This document shows, one piece after another, positions 13,395 to 26,315 of a stretch of 64,000 nucleotides of DNA. A program made the position numbers and the translations under genes. The notes beneath the pieces are model-generated. The model was not told the DNA's origin. It saw nothing but the letters and a program-made list of their open reading frames with translations, and did no database searches. The number at the start of each line of letters is the position of its first letter. The stretch's first letter is position 1. This DNA is from Saccostrea echinata (taxonomy: Eukaryota). Location: positions 15,562,001 to 15,626,000 of the forward strand of contig NW_026889772.1 in NCBI RefSeq assembly GCF_033153115.1, read 5' to 3'.

Positions 13395-14111
13395 TTAGCT
13401 CTTCTGAGCTAAAGACTCAAAGAGCTAATGCTATGGCCATTTGTTAGGTGTGTGTAAACTTTTTAGAATATAGGCCATATTTCAAGAATCCCTTGGCCAA
13501 TTTTTGTCAAATTTGTCACAGGGCTCTTGTTTATACTAAAACTAGGGACGTGACCCTTAAACGGGGGAGATAATTAGGAAAATAAAAACAAATGTACTGG
13601 TTGCTAATAAATCTTCTTCTCAAGAACCACTCGGAAAATTATCATTAAACTTACACACAAGGATGAGGATATGTTTTAAATTACAAAGTGTTCAAGGCCT
13701 TACCCTGAGGCAAAGGGCATGGTCTCAAGGTAACTTCAAATTGACCAAAAATTATGTTTTGTTAAAACTTTGATATTTTTCTTACTATAAGGACTAGGAT
13801 CATCAAATCTTATCGGTTGATGCATCTTAGGATCTCATATCAAATGGGCATGTTGAAGCCTATGGTCATAAAAACTTGTCAGTCAATGCATTATGGGGCC
13901 TTAAAGTGTGTCACTAAGAAGTAGGTCACTGTGACCAACTTTTTTTTAATTTTATGGCTAAATTTTTTTCAAGACATTTAAGGTCATTATTTCAAATACT
14001 GAGAAGTTTAGAATCACCAGAACTTGTATGTTGATGCATCTTGGGGCCTCCAAACATTTTCATCAAAAGGTAGGTCACAGTAACCTTCTTTCTGAATTTT
14101 GCAGGCTTTCA

Positions 14112-14155
<44 letters not shown>

Positions 14156-15165
14156 TACCCGTTGTCCATCGTCCCTCTGTCCGTCCGTCTGTAAACTTCT
14201 CACATTTTCAACTCAAGAACCACTGGGCCAATTTTAACCAAACTTAGTACAAAGCATCCTTGGGTGAAGGGGAGTTTAAATTGTTAAAATGAAGGGCCAA
14301 GCTTCCTTCAAAGGGGAGATAATCAAGAAAAGACAAAAATTGGGTAGGGTCATTAAAAATCTTCTCAAGAACCACTGGGCCAGAAAAGCTGAAACTTATG
14401 TGGAAGCATCCTGGGGTAGTGCAGATTCTAAATTGTTAGAATCATGACCCCTAGGAGTAGGGCTGGACCACAATAGGGAATCCAATTTTCACATTGAAAT
14501 ATGTAGTAAAAATCTTTAAAAATCTTCTCAAGAACCACTGGGCCAGAAAAGCTGAAACTTAAGCAGAAGCATCCTGGGGTAGTGTAGATTCTAATTGTTC
14601 AAATCATGACCCCTGGGGGTATTACGGGGGGGGGGGGGGGGGGAATCGGGTGAAAATAGCAAGGCCAAAGTTACTCAGGTGAGCGTTGTGGCCCATGGGC
14701 CTCGTGTTTTAATTGTTTCAGAGGCATATTTTAGACACTTTACGCCTATTACACATGTATCATCAAACTTGTCAGTTGATGCATCCAAAGGCTTCAAAGT
14801 ATGCCAACCAAAAATGGGTCACAGTGACCTACTTCGGAATTTTATGGCTATATTTAAATACATGTATTCAGATACTAATAGGCATAGAATCATCAAACTT
14901 TGTCAGTTGATGCATCATGGATCTTCAGAGTATGTCAACTGAAAAGTAGGTCACTGTGGCCTACTTTTGAAATTTTATAGCTATATTCAAATATTTCAGA
15001 TATTAATTGGCTAAGAATCTTCAAACTTTGTCAGTTGATGCATCTTGGGTCATTGAAGTATGTCAACTGGAAAGTATTTCATGGTGACCTACTTTTGAAA
15101 TTTTATAGCTACATGTATATTTAAATATTTCAGATACCAATTGGCATAGAATTATCAAACTTGCA
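13395..15165 (+). mobile_element. Older HINE/Helentron-type non-autonomous element with ~120-bp internal repeats, interrupted by a younger HINE
   Basis: Starts TTTTTAGCTCTTCTGAGCT...CTCAAAGAGCT (terminal hairpin). The unit CATCAAACTTTGTCAGTTGATGCATC...GTAGGTCACTGTGACC repeats on both sides of 14115-14708. Confidence 0.65.
14115..14708 (+). mobile_element. HINE (Helentron-associated non-autonomous element) with ~160-bp satellite-like internal repeats
   Basis: 5' box AGCTCACCTGAGCTGAAAGCTCAAGTGAGCT, then a GTCC microsatellite and three CTCAAGAACCACTGGGCCA units. 3' box CAGGTGAGCGTTGTGGCCCATGGGCC with palindrome. Inserted in a T run. Confidence 0.85.
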
Positions 15166-15832
15166 ACTTAAGTGTGAAAAATGTGCACATGTGAACGGGG
15201 CTTAAAAGGACAAATGACCCTCTGCTCTAAATATCACAATTTTTTTTTAAACTTCCCAACATTGATTTTCATCAAGAGCTATACTATCAGATTCAAATGA
15301 AAAATAGTATATGCTTAATTTTCCAGAAATGATTTTTATGTCAGGCCATAATATGATGAAATTTTTACACAGAGAGTAGGAAGAGTAATAATTTATTATC
15401 ACAACATAAAATTAAAAATATGAGGTGTACATGCATTACTATGAAAATAATATTTAGTATTATACCTATTAAATTCATAGAAAGCATCATAAAGCGCTGC
15501 TTTCCAAGTCAGATATCACAATATTGTATGTGCTTGTACAGTTGTAAGAGAATACGTCCATTAGCAAGAGTTATCTTTCTTATAAATAGTTTTCAATGGG
15601 AAAAAATGTAATAGTTATAAAAAAAAAGGGGGGGGGGGTCTGCATATGGTACTTGATACATTAAAGCATTTCTTTAAAAATGGTCGATAAAAAAATTAGA
15701 ACTTAGTACTCAATGTGTAAAGGTTTTAAAACTGGTAATTTCAACTTTTAAGTTGGTTTTTCCAACTTTAAAATTGGTATTTCCAACTTTAAAGTTGGCT
15801 TTTGGCTTTTCCAACTCAGTCTCCCCGAAGTA

Positions 15833-15921
15833 TACTCTCTTTAGAGAAGTTGACAGGCTCTCGCCTACATCTATATGATGTGGATATAGGCGAAAGCCTT
15901 TCAACTTTTCTAAAGAGAATA
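15833..15921. mobile_element. 89-bp foldback MITE with perfect 9-bp TSD (CCCGAAGTA), just upstream of DDIAS
   Basis: Arm TACTCTCTTTAGAGAAGTTGACAGGCTCTCGCCTACATC pairs with GATATAGGCGAAAGCCTTTCAACTTTTCTAAAGAGAATA. TSD copies at 15824-15832 and 15922-15930. Confidence 0.8.
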
Positions 15922-15928
15922 CCCGAAG

Positions 15929-16045
15929 TATAAAACCTCAAACTTTTGTCCAGTCAATGGAATAGAAGCGCTCGGTTGAACTGTCGGAGCCTCAAAATCC
16001 GGAAACATGGGAGTTCTCCTGGACGGTTCTCGCATTAACCATTCG
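15929..16045 (+). promoter_or_regulatory. Putative DDIAS core promoter and 5' exon (TATAAAA at 15929; donor TCG|GTAAGT at 16046)
   Basis: TATA-like box, CpG-richer segment, CCGGAAA ETS-like site and a consensus splice donor 425 bp upstream of the acceptor at 16470. Confidence 0.5.
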
Positions 16046-16472
16046 GTAAGTGATTCCGGTGCACACCTTATTGATGGCATAAAATTTAATCTGATAAATT
16101 GGTCAGTTTAAGGTAATTATTAATTTAAACTGCATATGAATTTGAGATTTAATTTTTTTTCTTGCTAAAAATGTCTATTGTTTAAGTAGCTCCAAATTAT
16201 AATTAATTTGGAGGAGAAAAATGGAAAAGGTCCATATCTGATATCATCATCTGGATTCGGCTAATTCGGCGTACCTTTCAATTTTTACGAAATTTGAAGT
16301 CTTGAGATTAAAGAAAACATATATTAAAATTATTGAAATCATGCATTAAGTTTATATCCTCATTACATCCCCAATAAAATAATTTAAGCCTGGAAGAGAA
16401 AACACGTCACTATAAATGTGAGTATTCAGATTCATGTACCTCTGCTTTAATTTTATGTCATTTCATATAGGT

Positions 16473-19400
16473 ATGTCAAATGCCTTTCATTTGGTGCTGG
16501 TCACTGTACTTGATGTTAATGACTCACAGTTTTTGTATCCAAGTTGTGAGAAGTGTTACTCCAAACTGACTGAAGATGGAAACTTAAGGTATGTCCAGTT
16601 CTTATTCAGTGCTAGTTTTGGAAGACAGATATCATAAAATAGTCAAAACAAATTCTAATCTGTTGATGATGTGACCATTAGAGCGAGGTCAGATACTTTT
16701 CAGTTTTCATTACTTAGATCGGACTCGTCAAACCGCATGTGACATTTGCTACGTATAGACTCTGACGTCATATGACATCGTATGTACATGTATGTTGCAA
16801 TAGCCTACCAAAACGAAGTGTGAACAGTGCTAATTTAAACAAGAATGTTTATTCTTCTATCTGTCTGCTATATATCCATTATATCAAAGGTGATTTTATT
16901 TTTTGTTGAATTTTATTGCTACTGCGAGAACGTAGTTTCTGACGAGATGCAATTCACTAAGCATTATGGGACCACAGGTAACTGTGGAAAAAAATTCATT
17001 TGGATCAGTGTGCAAAGTCCGAATTTTCTCTTCGCCCAGGCGTTGCTGTAAGAACTCGCAGTGATGAGCGGCACTTTGCATTTCAGCAAAGCCTTTGTTT
17101 ATCTGCGATATCATATTTGTTGGGAAAAAATAAGATGTACCAAGGGAGAAAACTTTTATAGGTTTAACTACACAATGTGAAGTAATATAATAGTAATATA
17201 TATTTATTTAATGTACAGTGTATTAAGACTCATAAATAATTTTGTACTCTTCATTGACTTAATTCAGTTAAAATTATTCATGAAATTGTTACAGGTGGCT
17301 TTGTTTGAAATGTGGCTCAGAATGTATGGAAGAAAAGCTGATCTGGAGGTTTCGTCTCTCTCTCAGAGTTAGTGATGTGTCAACTGTCTGCAATGTATGT
17401 GTTTTTGGAGCATCTCTGAACCAGTTCTTTGGAGACAATGCATTCAAATTTCACAGGTAAACTTTATAGGGATATTAAGTAGAAATTGGTAGAAAATGTC
17501 TTCTTTAAGTAATAGTTATTGTATATTTATTATGGTGTATCCTGATTTATTTGGACGAAGGGTGGTGACGAGTGCGTAGCACGAGTCTCCGCCCCTTCGT
17601 CTAAATTAATCAGGATACACCATAATAAATATTCAAAAACTTTCTTGTATCATGGCCAATCAAAACATCAATAATTGTCATGTCACAAATTTTCAAGCAT
17701 GATTTTTAATTACACCAATAAAAAATATAGTTTTTGTCAGGTGACCACATGGATATTCTCTCCTTCCCGTCAGTATTTTTTAATTCGCACATTTAATGTG
17801 TGTGTTCATGAGAAAGGACGTCGGATTGCAGCTTTCCAACTTAATATAAAAACGGATTGTTAATGAAATTCATAAGAAAACCTTTGGATATCAATGATGA
17901 AGAAGGGAAATTCAGGTGTTAATCAAAAATCAAGAAAAAAGATACCCGTTGATCATTTGACATATTCGAGAGCTGTGGCATGAATGCTGTGTCAGGGTCA
18001 ATAACTCTTCATCTATGAGTGCAGTCAGCTGAGATTTATTCTATTTAAGCAAAGAACACAGCAAAGATGGTATATCCTGCTAAAACACTCTATTACAATA
18101 GGTGTGATATTTTAAGATATGTATTTTTGGAATTCATGTCAAGAACTTGATTTCTAGTTGCGGTGGATTGAATACCGGTATTTGCAGAGTTCCGTAAAAG
18201 CATTCCGTATTTTGGGATACATGTGCACTGTAATTTATGTGAAAGACCTTTATTTCATTGGCAGAAATTTTGTCTTTGTATATAACAAAGCCCATGTAAT
18301 TCTGTAATTCAGATTCAATATACATGTACATGTAATTTAAATGCTGAAATCGCCTTGGTGTTCAATAATTTATTTACACGGCACAGTTTTTGCTGGCTCC
18401 GCCCATTGGTGTATCTCCAGTTATTGTACACTTTACTTCAAAGGAAAAACACCACAGCCATGGTACAATTAAGTTTAGCAGAAGTACCATAATTAAAAGT
18501 GAAAAAGAACATGTGTGTTATGTATAATTTCTGCTTTTCAGATAAGACTTGTGTCAACATTCAATTAAATGTTCATCTTGATTACTTCTGAAATATTTTC
18601 AGAAACTTTAAGAAATTATCAACTGAGCAGAGCAATGCAGAAGAAATTGTGCTTGGGGCAGTGCAGGAGGTTTTTGTTGGCAATTCATTTTATCTTGGGA
18701 TGAGGTGTGGATTACACAGAGGTGGAAGACCTATTACTTTGTCAGACATTGTGAAATATTCTAATTATGAAAGCCAAGCCTATACACAAGACACTGACAA
18801 TTCAGGATTATCACTAGTGGCGAATCAGATTGTTCCTGTTGTGGGTAAATCTAAAACAGATGTCTCCTCCATAGTTAGGGCTTTTATAAAAGCACCAGAC
18901 AGAAACATAATAAATAGCACTGCCACATCTATAGAGAAAACAACCCCTTATAGATATTTTTCAGTTGTACCAGAGAAATTCAAGCAAGAAGAGAGTGTAG
19001 GGTCCTCAACACTCACCCAACCTACTCTCTGTTTCAGCTGTGATTCAGGAGACCAAAAGAGCTGTGAAGATTCCAAATTCACAAGTCAAGGATCAAATCT
19101 GACAAATGGGTCAGTACTAGTTCAACATCAGTCAGTTAATGATGACATTGTTCCAAAGTTTACAAGTAATGGTATTAGACAATTGGAAGAAGAGAATAAC
19201 CCATGCTTACATCTGAAGGAATCTAACAGCCAGCAATTGAACAGTGAACAAGTTAAACCATCAACAACTAATTACTTAGATTCCTTTAGTTATAAAGAAA
19301 ATATCTGTATTTCAAAGAGAAATGATAAGAGTAGATCAGAATGTGTTTTATCTTCAGAATCAATGGTAGATGCTTCCTGTGATTTATTTGACTCCACGTC

Positions 19401-19995
19401 ACCACTTGACATAAGGTCAAAGAGCTCTCCCCTTATAAGCCCATTTTCTGTGTGCAAGAAATCTGCAAAAAGCGGTACAATAGAGCATTCAAGGCTGGGT
19501 TTTCCTTTGAAAGAGAACAGTATTCAAAAGAAATGCCTTCAGTTTCAGAAGCATGAAGTACAAAATGAGAGTGTCCTTTCTCAAGAAATGTTTACCCCTA
19601 GTCCAATTTACAGAGTTGAGTCTGCCAGAAAACTTCTAAGCAGTGTAAAACATTCGAGTCTGAAAAGAATTTCTTCATCAAAGTACTTAAGTTTGCTCAG
19701 GAAAAAACCATTAAATGTATCATCACTTTGCTTTGACCTGTCAAAAGATACTGGCAAAGAAGTTCATTTGTTTTCAGAGGCATCTAAAGAAACTGAATCA
19801 CCTTTGCTATTCTCTGAAAGTAGCAGTAACATTTCACTTGCTTCACCAGACTTTGGTTATAAAGACAATTTCAGAATTTGCCCTGGATTTTTGTCACCTG
19901 ATATATTTCAATCCACCCCTGATGATGGTAGTCACAGCTCCATAAAATCCACCATTTTATCTCCATGTCTAGTGAAACAGCTGTTCAAAGAATAA
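16473..19995 (+). CDS. DDIAS: DNA damage-induced apoptosis suppressor (noxin) homologue; exons 16473-16588, 17295-17456, 18603-19995
   Basis: Spliced N-terminus MSNAFHLVLVTVLDVNDSQFLYPSCEKCYSKL...WLCLKCG...WRFRLSLRVSD...CVFGASLNQFFG...AVQEVFVGNSFYLG. This matches the RPA1-C-like Zn-OB fold of DDIAS (YPSCxKC...CxKCG...FGxxLxxFFG...FVG). It is followed by a long Ser-rich disordered terminal exon. Confidence 0.88.
17523..17632. repeat. Near-perfect ~110-nt inverted repeat in DDIAS intron, probably transposon-derived
   Basis: ATATTTATTATGGTGTATCCTGATT...GACGAAGGG.GG pairs with CC.CCCCTTCGTC...AATCAGGATACACCATAATAAATAT; the centre is CGAGTGCGTAGCACGAG. Confidence 0.8.
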
Positions 19996-21199
19996 ACTTT
20001 CAGGAATTTTACCTATTGAAAAGAATCTTGGATTATTGGATTATTTTCAGATTCATTCTGTATACAATGTTAAACAACAGTAAAGGTCAGAAGCCAAGGC
20101 TTGTATTTTAGACAAGGGGCTTGAAAACCATCCCCTTTTGTAACAGTTTAAGATTGCAATTCAACAATTATATTTTCTACAGAATGTGCTTAAATGTACA
20201 TTGTCATTGCTTTTCATGTTGATGAAACTATGGAAGCAAGTTTTAATATTTTATACCTTTTTCTTGAAGAATTTTTTTATGTTTATTTGTTTGTAGTCGA
20301 ATGTTTCAAATGATTTATGAATATTCCTTGCTTTACAGTAAAATAATTTATTATTTATACATGCATTGTTTATTTAATGGTGTAGTTAATACAGAAATAT
20401 TTTTGGAGTGACTGTCTATTTCATTAAACCAAAGAGGAGGGGAAATAGCCTTAAACATTTTTAACGTTCTTAATTGGGTCTCACCATTATACTCGAAATT
20501 TCAAAATTCGACATCAAATTTACACAATAACAAAATTATATTTATAAAAGCAAGCAAAAATAAACATTTCATTAAATGAGAGTAACCGACCAAATCTCCA
20601 TATGACCAAATAAGATTTTAAGAATGGATTTGTCACAAGAAGAAATGGCACTTTGGGGGGAAAAAAGACAAGAGAAAACAATGCACACTATTAATTACGG
20701 AAAGGAAAATCCCTACTAAACATCGCAGGGGTGTTCCAGGAGGTCTCCAAAGACTACCACCCCATGTCACCGACGATCCACGAACGGATAGGTCATTCTC
20801 AGTTATTATCTTATGTATGATCCACAGATACCCCTCGACGGTTTCAACTTTCAGAAAAAGATCTTGAACACTGCTGATTGGTTCGAGAATAAAGTTATGT
20901 AATTTTAAAACCTAAATATTGATTAAACGAGTTAATTTTGTTTAAATATATATCTGTATATTCTTTCCCAGTTGTAATCATGTATAATTCATTTGTCTAG
21001 ATTAACAATAGGCCATTTAGATGATTAGAGTGCATGATATATATGCTTCGGTCTTTTTAAATCCCTCCAGGTGTAAGCTACCGATACACGCAATCCTAGT
21101 TACCGTCTGCTCGTGTCACGCGGGATTCCTGGCAGACACTGGTTGTCTTTGGTAATAGTTCCAGAGTCTGGGAATTGAAATTTTGAGGGAACTTTGAAT

Positions 21200-23764
21200 A
21201 TGGCGCAGGAATTATTACCCGAGGAGAAAAGCAAGATTGTTGAGTAAGATTTCTTCTTTAAATTATCAATATTTTTTGAGACTTGGCTTATCGTAAGAAC
21301 ATTTACTTTCGTCTTATCGTTGGCTTAGAAGATAAAATTTCTGTGAAACCGATTGCAATATATGACAAAAACATTGATCACTACTTCATTACCATTTTGT
21401 TGTTTTAATTCTTTATCAGGGGAAGCATTTTAATTTTTTTTAACCAAATATTGTCGAATAAGTGATTTATTAAATGTTTATACCAATTTATATAGTTATA
21501 ATGGGCAACAACACCCTACCCAACCCAACCCACCCCGCCATGTTCCTGAAATAATGATAATAGCTGAGAAGGTTTTGGATCTCATTGAAAATCATGTAAT
21601 TACAGAGGACAAGATATATATCAATGCATTTCTAAAGTTTCTTTAATAGATTCCTATTTGTCCGTCGTCGTCATAAAGTTAATATGTTGAGAAACGCTTT
21701 GTGATCCCTTTGAGTAACTCGGAAATTATTTTTATTGATCTAGAGAAATAATGCATTATGCATGGCCTGTGCATTTCTGTTTACCTTTTGAAATACTTCT
21801 TTTTAAGCCCAAGCATTATAAGTTAGAATTAAAGCTTTTTATTAATCAGATATGTAGTAAAAAGTTCACGCATGTTGTTCTACCTAATTGAATAGGTTAG
21901 ATAAAGACTAACCATGTATAATTTATCATGTATATTGTTTAAAACACCAGGGTAGTATTAACAGTAAAACGTCTTACACACTCTTAATCTTATTTCCTCT
22001 CCTGTAGTGCTCATATCCCTAGCCAAAAACTATTTAATGTTCTTTTCATAAATGACTTTACTAGTGTTTACCTTTTTGATTGGCATGTTGAATGAAATCT
22101 AAGATTGGCGATTAAGACTGTGTCGAGTTCCATGGGGTAGAAATCATCAATAGGCGCTTTAATAAAACATATCAAGTTTAGCTCATAGCATTACAACTAT
22201 AGGTTTGTTATTATTTTGACATATAAGTAGTTTTAAAAGGTGGCAAAAAATATTCTCGTTATACATCAAGTATAACCAATTTGGTGGGGGGGGGGGGGGG
22301 GGGCATTTCCAAAGATCTAAGTAAACGAGAGAAACATTAGCGTAAGGACATACGCAATGTAGTTTGAACTTTATTGGCTTTTCTCTGCATGGAGTTGAAG
22401 AGTTCCTACATGTATACATAAAGCAACTGTGTGCTACATTTTTATGTCTATATATGCTGTTGACCAGGTCTAAAACAAGTTTGGATAAACAAAACATCTT
22501 GAATATATGCTTAGTAATTTTTGTGTATTTTCTTTCAATTATACAAGAATTTTCATCAGTTGATATCTTTTCAAAACCCCTGGTAATGCATGCATATTTT
22601 TGGTCTCCGAAAATCTGATGGCGTTTTAATCTAAAGAAAATATCTTGAAAATTATTGGTAGGTAAGGTACGTTGCGTATGTCCTTAAAAACAGAGACAAA
22701 ACACGAGACTAATCCAGGGCCGTCACCAAGTTCCGGGAAAGGGGTGCGAAGGAAAGTCACTTCCTCTGAACCAGAATTTTTTCATAAATGGGGCACAGTT
22801 TTAGTGGGTTCTTGCCATTCTTTTAAATATTAAATAATCAAAATGTAGCAGCATTACTTTTAACAGGTAAATATTAAATCTGTCTTTAAAATAATATTTT
22901 TTGAGTATTCGTTTTATTTTTAAAGGGTGCGAACGCAACCAACCTCCAATCCCCACCCCCGTCGGCCTTGTATTCACCTTGTCAATCAGAAATGCAAAAG
23001 TTTCAATTAATATACAACGTGTATACACTACATGTTTAAGAACTTTGTCAATTTGTCATCTTATTTGCCCCCTCCCTTTTTTGTGCAAGCCTTATTCTGC
23101 CTACCTCCTTTGTGGGGTCCATTTTTTTCATTCAATTCTTAGTTTATGTGGCCCTCATTTGAAAAGTGGATCATGATCTTAGTTGAATATCACATCTGAA
23201 ATACGATGTATAAATGTGTATTTTTATCAATATCTGTAGTACAGTTCAAAGATATGCAAAACAAAAATATAATTTTCAAATTAACTCTTAATTTCAGAGA
23301 GCTGAAACCAGCCGTACAAGATTACAGTCACCAGGACAGTTTATTCGGGGTAATTAGAACTTACAAATCAAAACACACCTGCAAATATGAGTTATTGAAT
23401 TACTGAGTATTCAACTTGCTGTATGACATTATTTTTCTGTCAAATCTAGAATGCGTTCTCATCAAAGGCCTACTTTATTGTTCACCCAGAATGGCTATCA
23501 GAAAATGTTGATCCACCCAAATCTCAGCCACTGCCAAGAAAACCGTGGCCCTGGGAGCAACCCAAATATCGACAGAACGTCCAGCGATATGTCAACGGAG
23601 AGATGACCCCTGATACCTCAACAAATGGCCAGAATTCACCTGCTCCAGAATTCGATATTCCAGAACCGGGCTATTCATTTACCCAACCACTGAAAGGTGA
23701 CTACGAATCAGAAATATTGGACAGAAAACCTGAGCTGGATTTAAGTACGAAACGTTTGTTTTAA
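21200..23764 (+). CDS. Uncharacterised 136-aa protein; exons 21200-21243, 23298-23349, 23450-23764
   Basis: Three GC-richer blocks joined by GT-AG introns in matching phases (2, then 0). Protein: MAQELLPEEKSKIVEELKPAVQDYSHQDSLFGNAFSSKAYFIVHPEWLSENVDPPKSQPLPRKPWPWEQPKYRQNVQRYVNGEMTPDT...DLSTKRLF*. Confidence 0.7.
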
Positions 23765-24479
23765 TTATTCAGTAACAAAAAGTTATCCACCACGAATGTC
23801 TGACTAAAATGAATGGTGATCGATCAAGGACTCCATGGCAAACTCATATATTACTTAGCAAGGCTCACGAACAGACCAACATATACAAATGCTGCTATGC
23901 TAGATGTTAGGTACCGCTTCCAGTATTATATAAATGTATGACAGTTATGTGTGCAATGAATAATTTATTTTCACGTTAGTAAACTATCATATTGATACAT
24001 GTATGTGTCCATTCTTTAGATAATGCATCGTATATCTATGAAATATTAAGATAATGAACAGTGATCGTTTTCAAATCAAGCCCATTTAAGGAAGCTTTAA
24101 ACACTTACAATTTTTTTTTTGGACTTTGATAAAATTATGTCATATTTATAAAGGGTGTACATAGGGAGTTTATCTAGTTCATTTTCAACATAAGGTACCT
24201 ATGCTATATTTACCCCATGTACGAAGCCAGTGAAGCCTTAGTGAACAGAAATTAGTGCTACTTACTTACATTGGGAAAATGTATGCAAATAAGTTATTTA
24301 ATTACTTTATCTTTGTCTTATATAATGTTAAGAATACATTCATCGAGTACAAATTGCGTCCTTCACTGTATATATCTACATCTAAAGGCAGATCACTTAA
24401 CTGCAGTATCATGAACTACACCATGGACTTAGCAAACTTCAGTAAGCAGTTTAATTAAAAGCAGAGCTACCACGGTCCT

Positions 24480-26050
24480 CTGAAAAAAAGAGTTGCATGG
24501 GACCAGGTGCCCCGGAGCATGTCGGAGGAGTAAGCATCTCCTAGCTGTCGACCGATGACACCCGCCATGTGCCCTTGTCATTATTGGATAAACAGGAAAA
24601 TCCGTAGACAATTCAATGTGAAAATAATGGCCTAATAATTTGTATGAAAGACGTCAATCAACACTCAACCTAACCGACGGATCGTATTTCCAAACTAGAT
24701 CGCATCAACCATAGAAGTGTTGACTTTAAATGAGATTGTTAATATCTTTGTATCAAATTATTTGTCAATAGCCTACCTAATTTTAGAAATTGTTCGTACG
24801 TAGAACATGCTCTTGTGTATTGAATCAAATGGGATCGAGACATGAGCTCCATTTAAGTAGGTGATATTGCTACATAAATACGGGGAATTAAATTGACGAT
24901 AGAAAAGTGTAAGTCATCACGTTTATCATATAGTTTAGTTATTAATTTGTCATCATAGTCTTTCTCTAGTAAAATATCCAAATATGAAATAGATGTTTTA
25001 GAGTCTGTAGTCGTCGATATATCTAAATGTCAAATTGAAGGTCCCAACAAGAGACTTCTTTTCATGTAGAAGTTTTTGAATAAATGTTGCTTCTTAAGAA
25101 TACAAAAACAAGTCTGCTAATAATGGGACACAATTAGTACCCATGGGAATTCCAAAAGATTGTTGGAAGACCTGTTATGCAAAAACTACATATTGTCAAT
25201 GACCTTTTTAAGGACCTTCTATATACACTGATGAAAAATGTTTTTTGGACTTTGAGAAAATTACATAGTGTAAAGGGGGGTATTCTGAACTTAACTCACT
25301 CATTTTTTAATATAGGTAGCGTGCTTTTTTTATCCGGGAAAAATCTCCAAAGACAATGGAGTAATGATAAAGAAAAATTGCTTTTGCTTACTCAAGTGGA
25401 GAAAATACATGCAATTAAAGTTTTCAACTATTCTATTTTGGTCTAATAAATGGTTTAGAATACTTGGATTTATTTTAAATCATGTCACACAGTAAGGTCT
25501 ACAATTTATTCCTTGTTATGTCAAATGGTGGGTCAGTCTAACTACACAAAGGTAACCTGAAATTATGGTGCAGTGTAGAGAGGGTCCTTAATATCAACCT
25601 TGTGTGTAGAATCAGAATATTTTCAACGAAATATCTGAAGATGACCAATAACAAAGTAGGTATACATGTATTTTATTGTAGAAGCAGTTGTCTATGATGT
25701 CAAAAAAAGTCTGGTCTTTAATTTGTCATGAGAATGGTTGTATGAGATGTTGATAAGTTATATGTTTTGATGCTATTGATTTTGGTAAAATTTTGTTTTC
25801 AAAATTTTCTATAAGTTCCTTGGAGTTAAGTATCCACATTTGAATAACACCACTTGTCAAATATGTTGTTGTACAGTACATCTGAAGTTTGTCCTTCACT
25901 GCTGACATTTTTGTAAGGAGTAAAGAAAGAGATTTGGTAGAACATTTATTAGAACCTGCTATGTGTCGGTCTTTGTGAGGATTTTTAATGAAGTTGAGGA
26001 ATCCAGTATACATTTGGTGATTCAGAATAATTATAATAAGCATAGAGTAT
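24480..26050 (-). mobile_element. Decayed Penelope-like retroelement (Naiad-type) RT
   Basis: Frameshifted remnants KNPHKDRHIAGSNKCSTKSLSLLLTK...QMWILNSKELIEN and GIPMGTNCVPLLADLFLYS*...FNLTFRYIDD. Conserved 3' motif at 24495-24575. Confidence 0.85.
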
Positions 26051-26059
26051 ATAAAAAAA

Positions 26060-26315
26060 TCTTAAATTCATATTTGGATATTTTACTAGAAAAAGACGTT
26101 AATGGTAATCTAACAACCAAGCTTTATAATAAATGTGATGACTTTAACAGCAATACCTTCATCACCTGCATATGGGTTTATATCTCTCAGCTGATTCGAT
26201 ACACAAGAGCATGCTCTACGTATGAACAATTTCTAAAACGAGGTAATTTCATTCTACGTATTTATTTGAAAGCATGACCCAATTCACTGCTGGCAGGATG
26301 AACTGACACGGGTCA
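26060..26315 (+). mobile_element. Inverted Penelope-like segment (RT thumb region)
   Basis: SYLDILLEKDVNGNLTTKLYNKCDDFN...VYISQLIRYTRACSTYEQFLKRG on the plus strand, opposite in orientation to the adjacent RT fragment. Confidence 0.75.
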
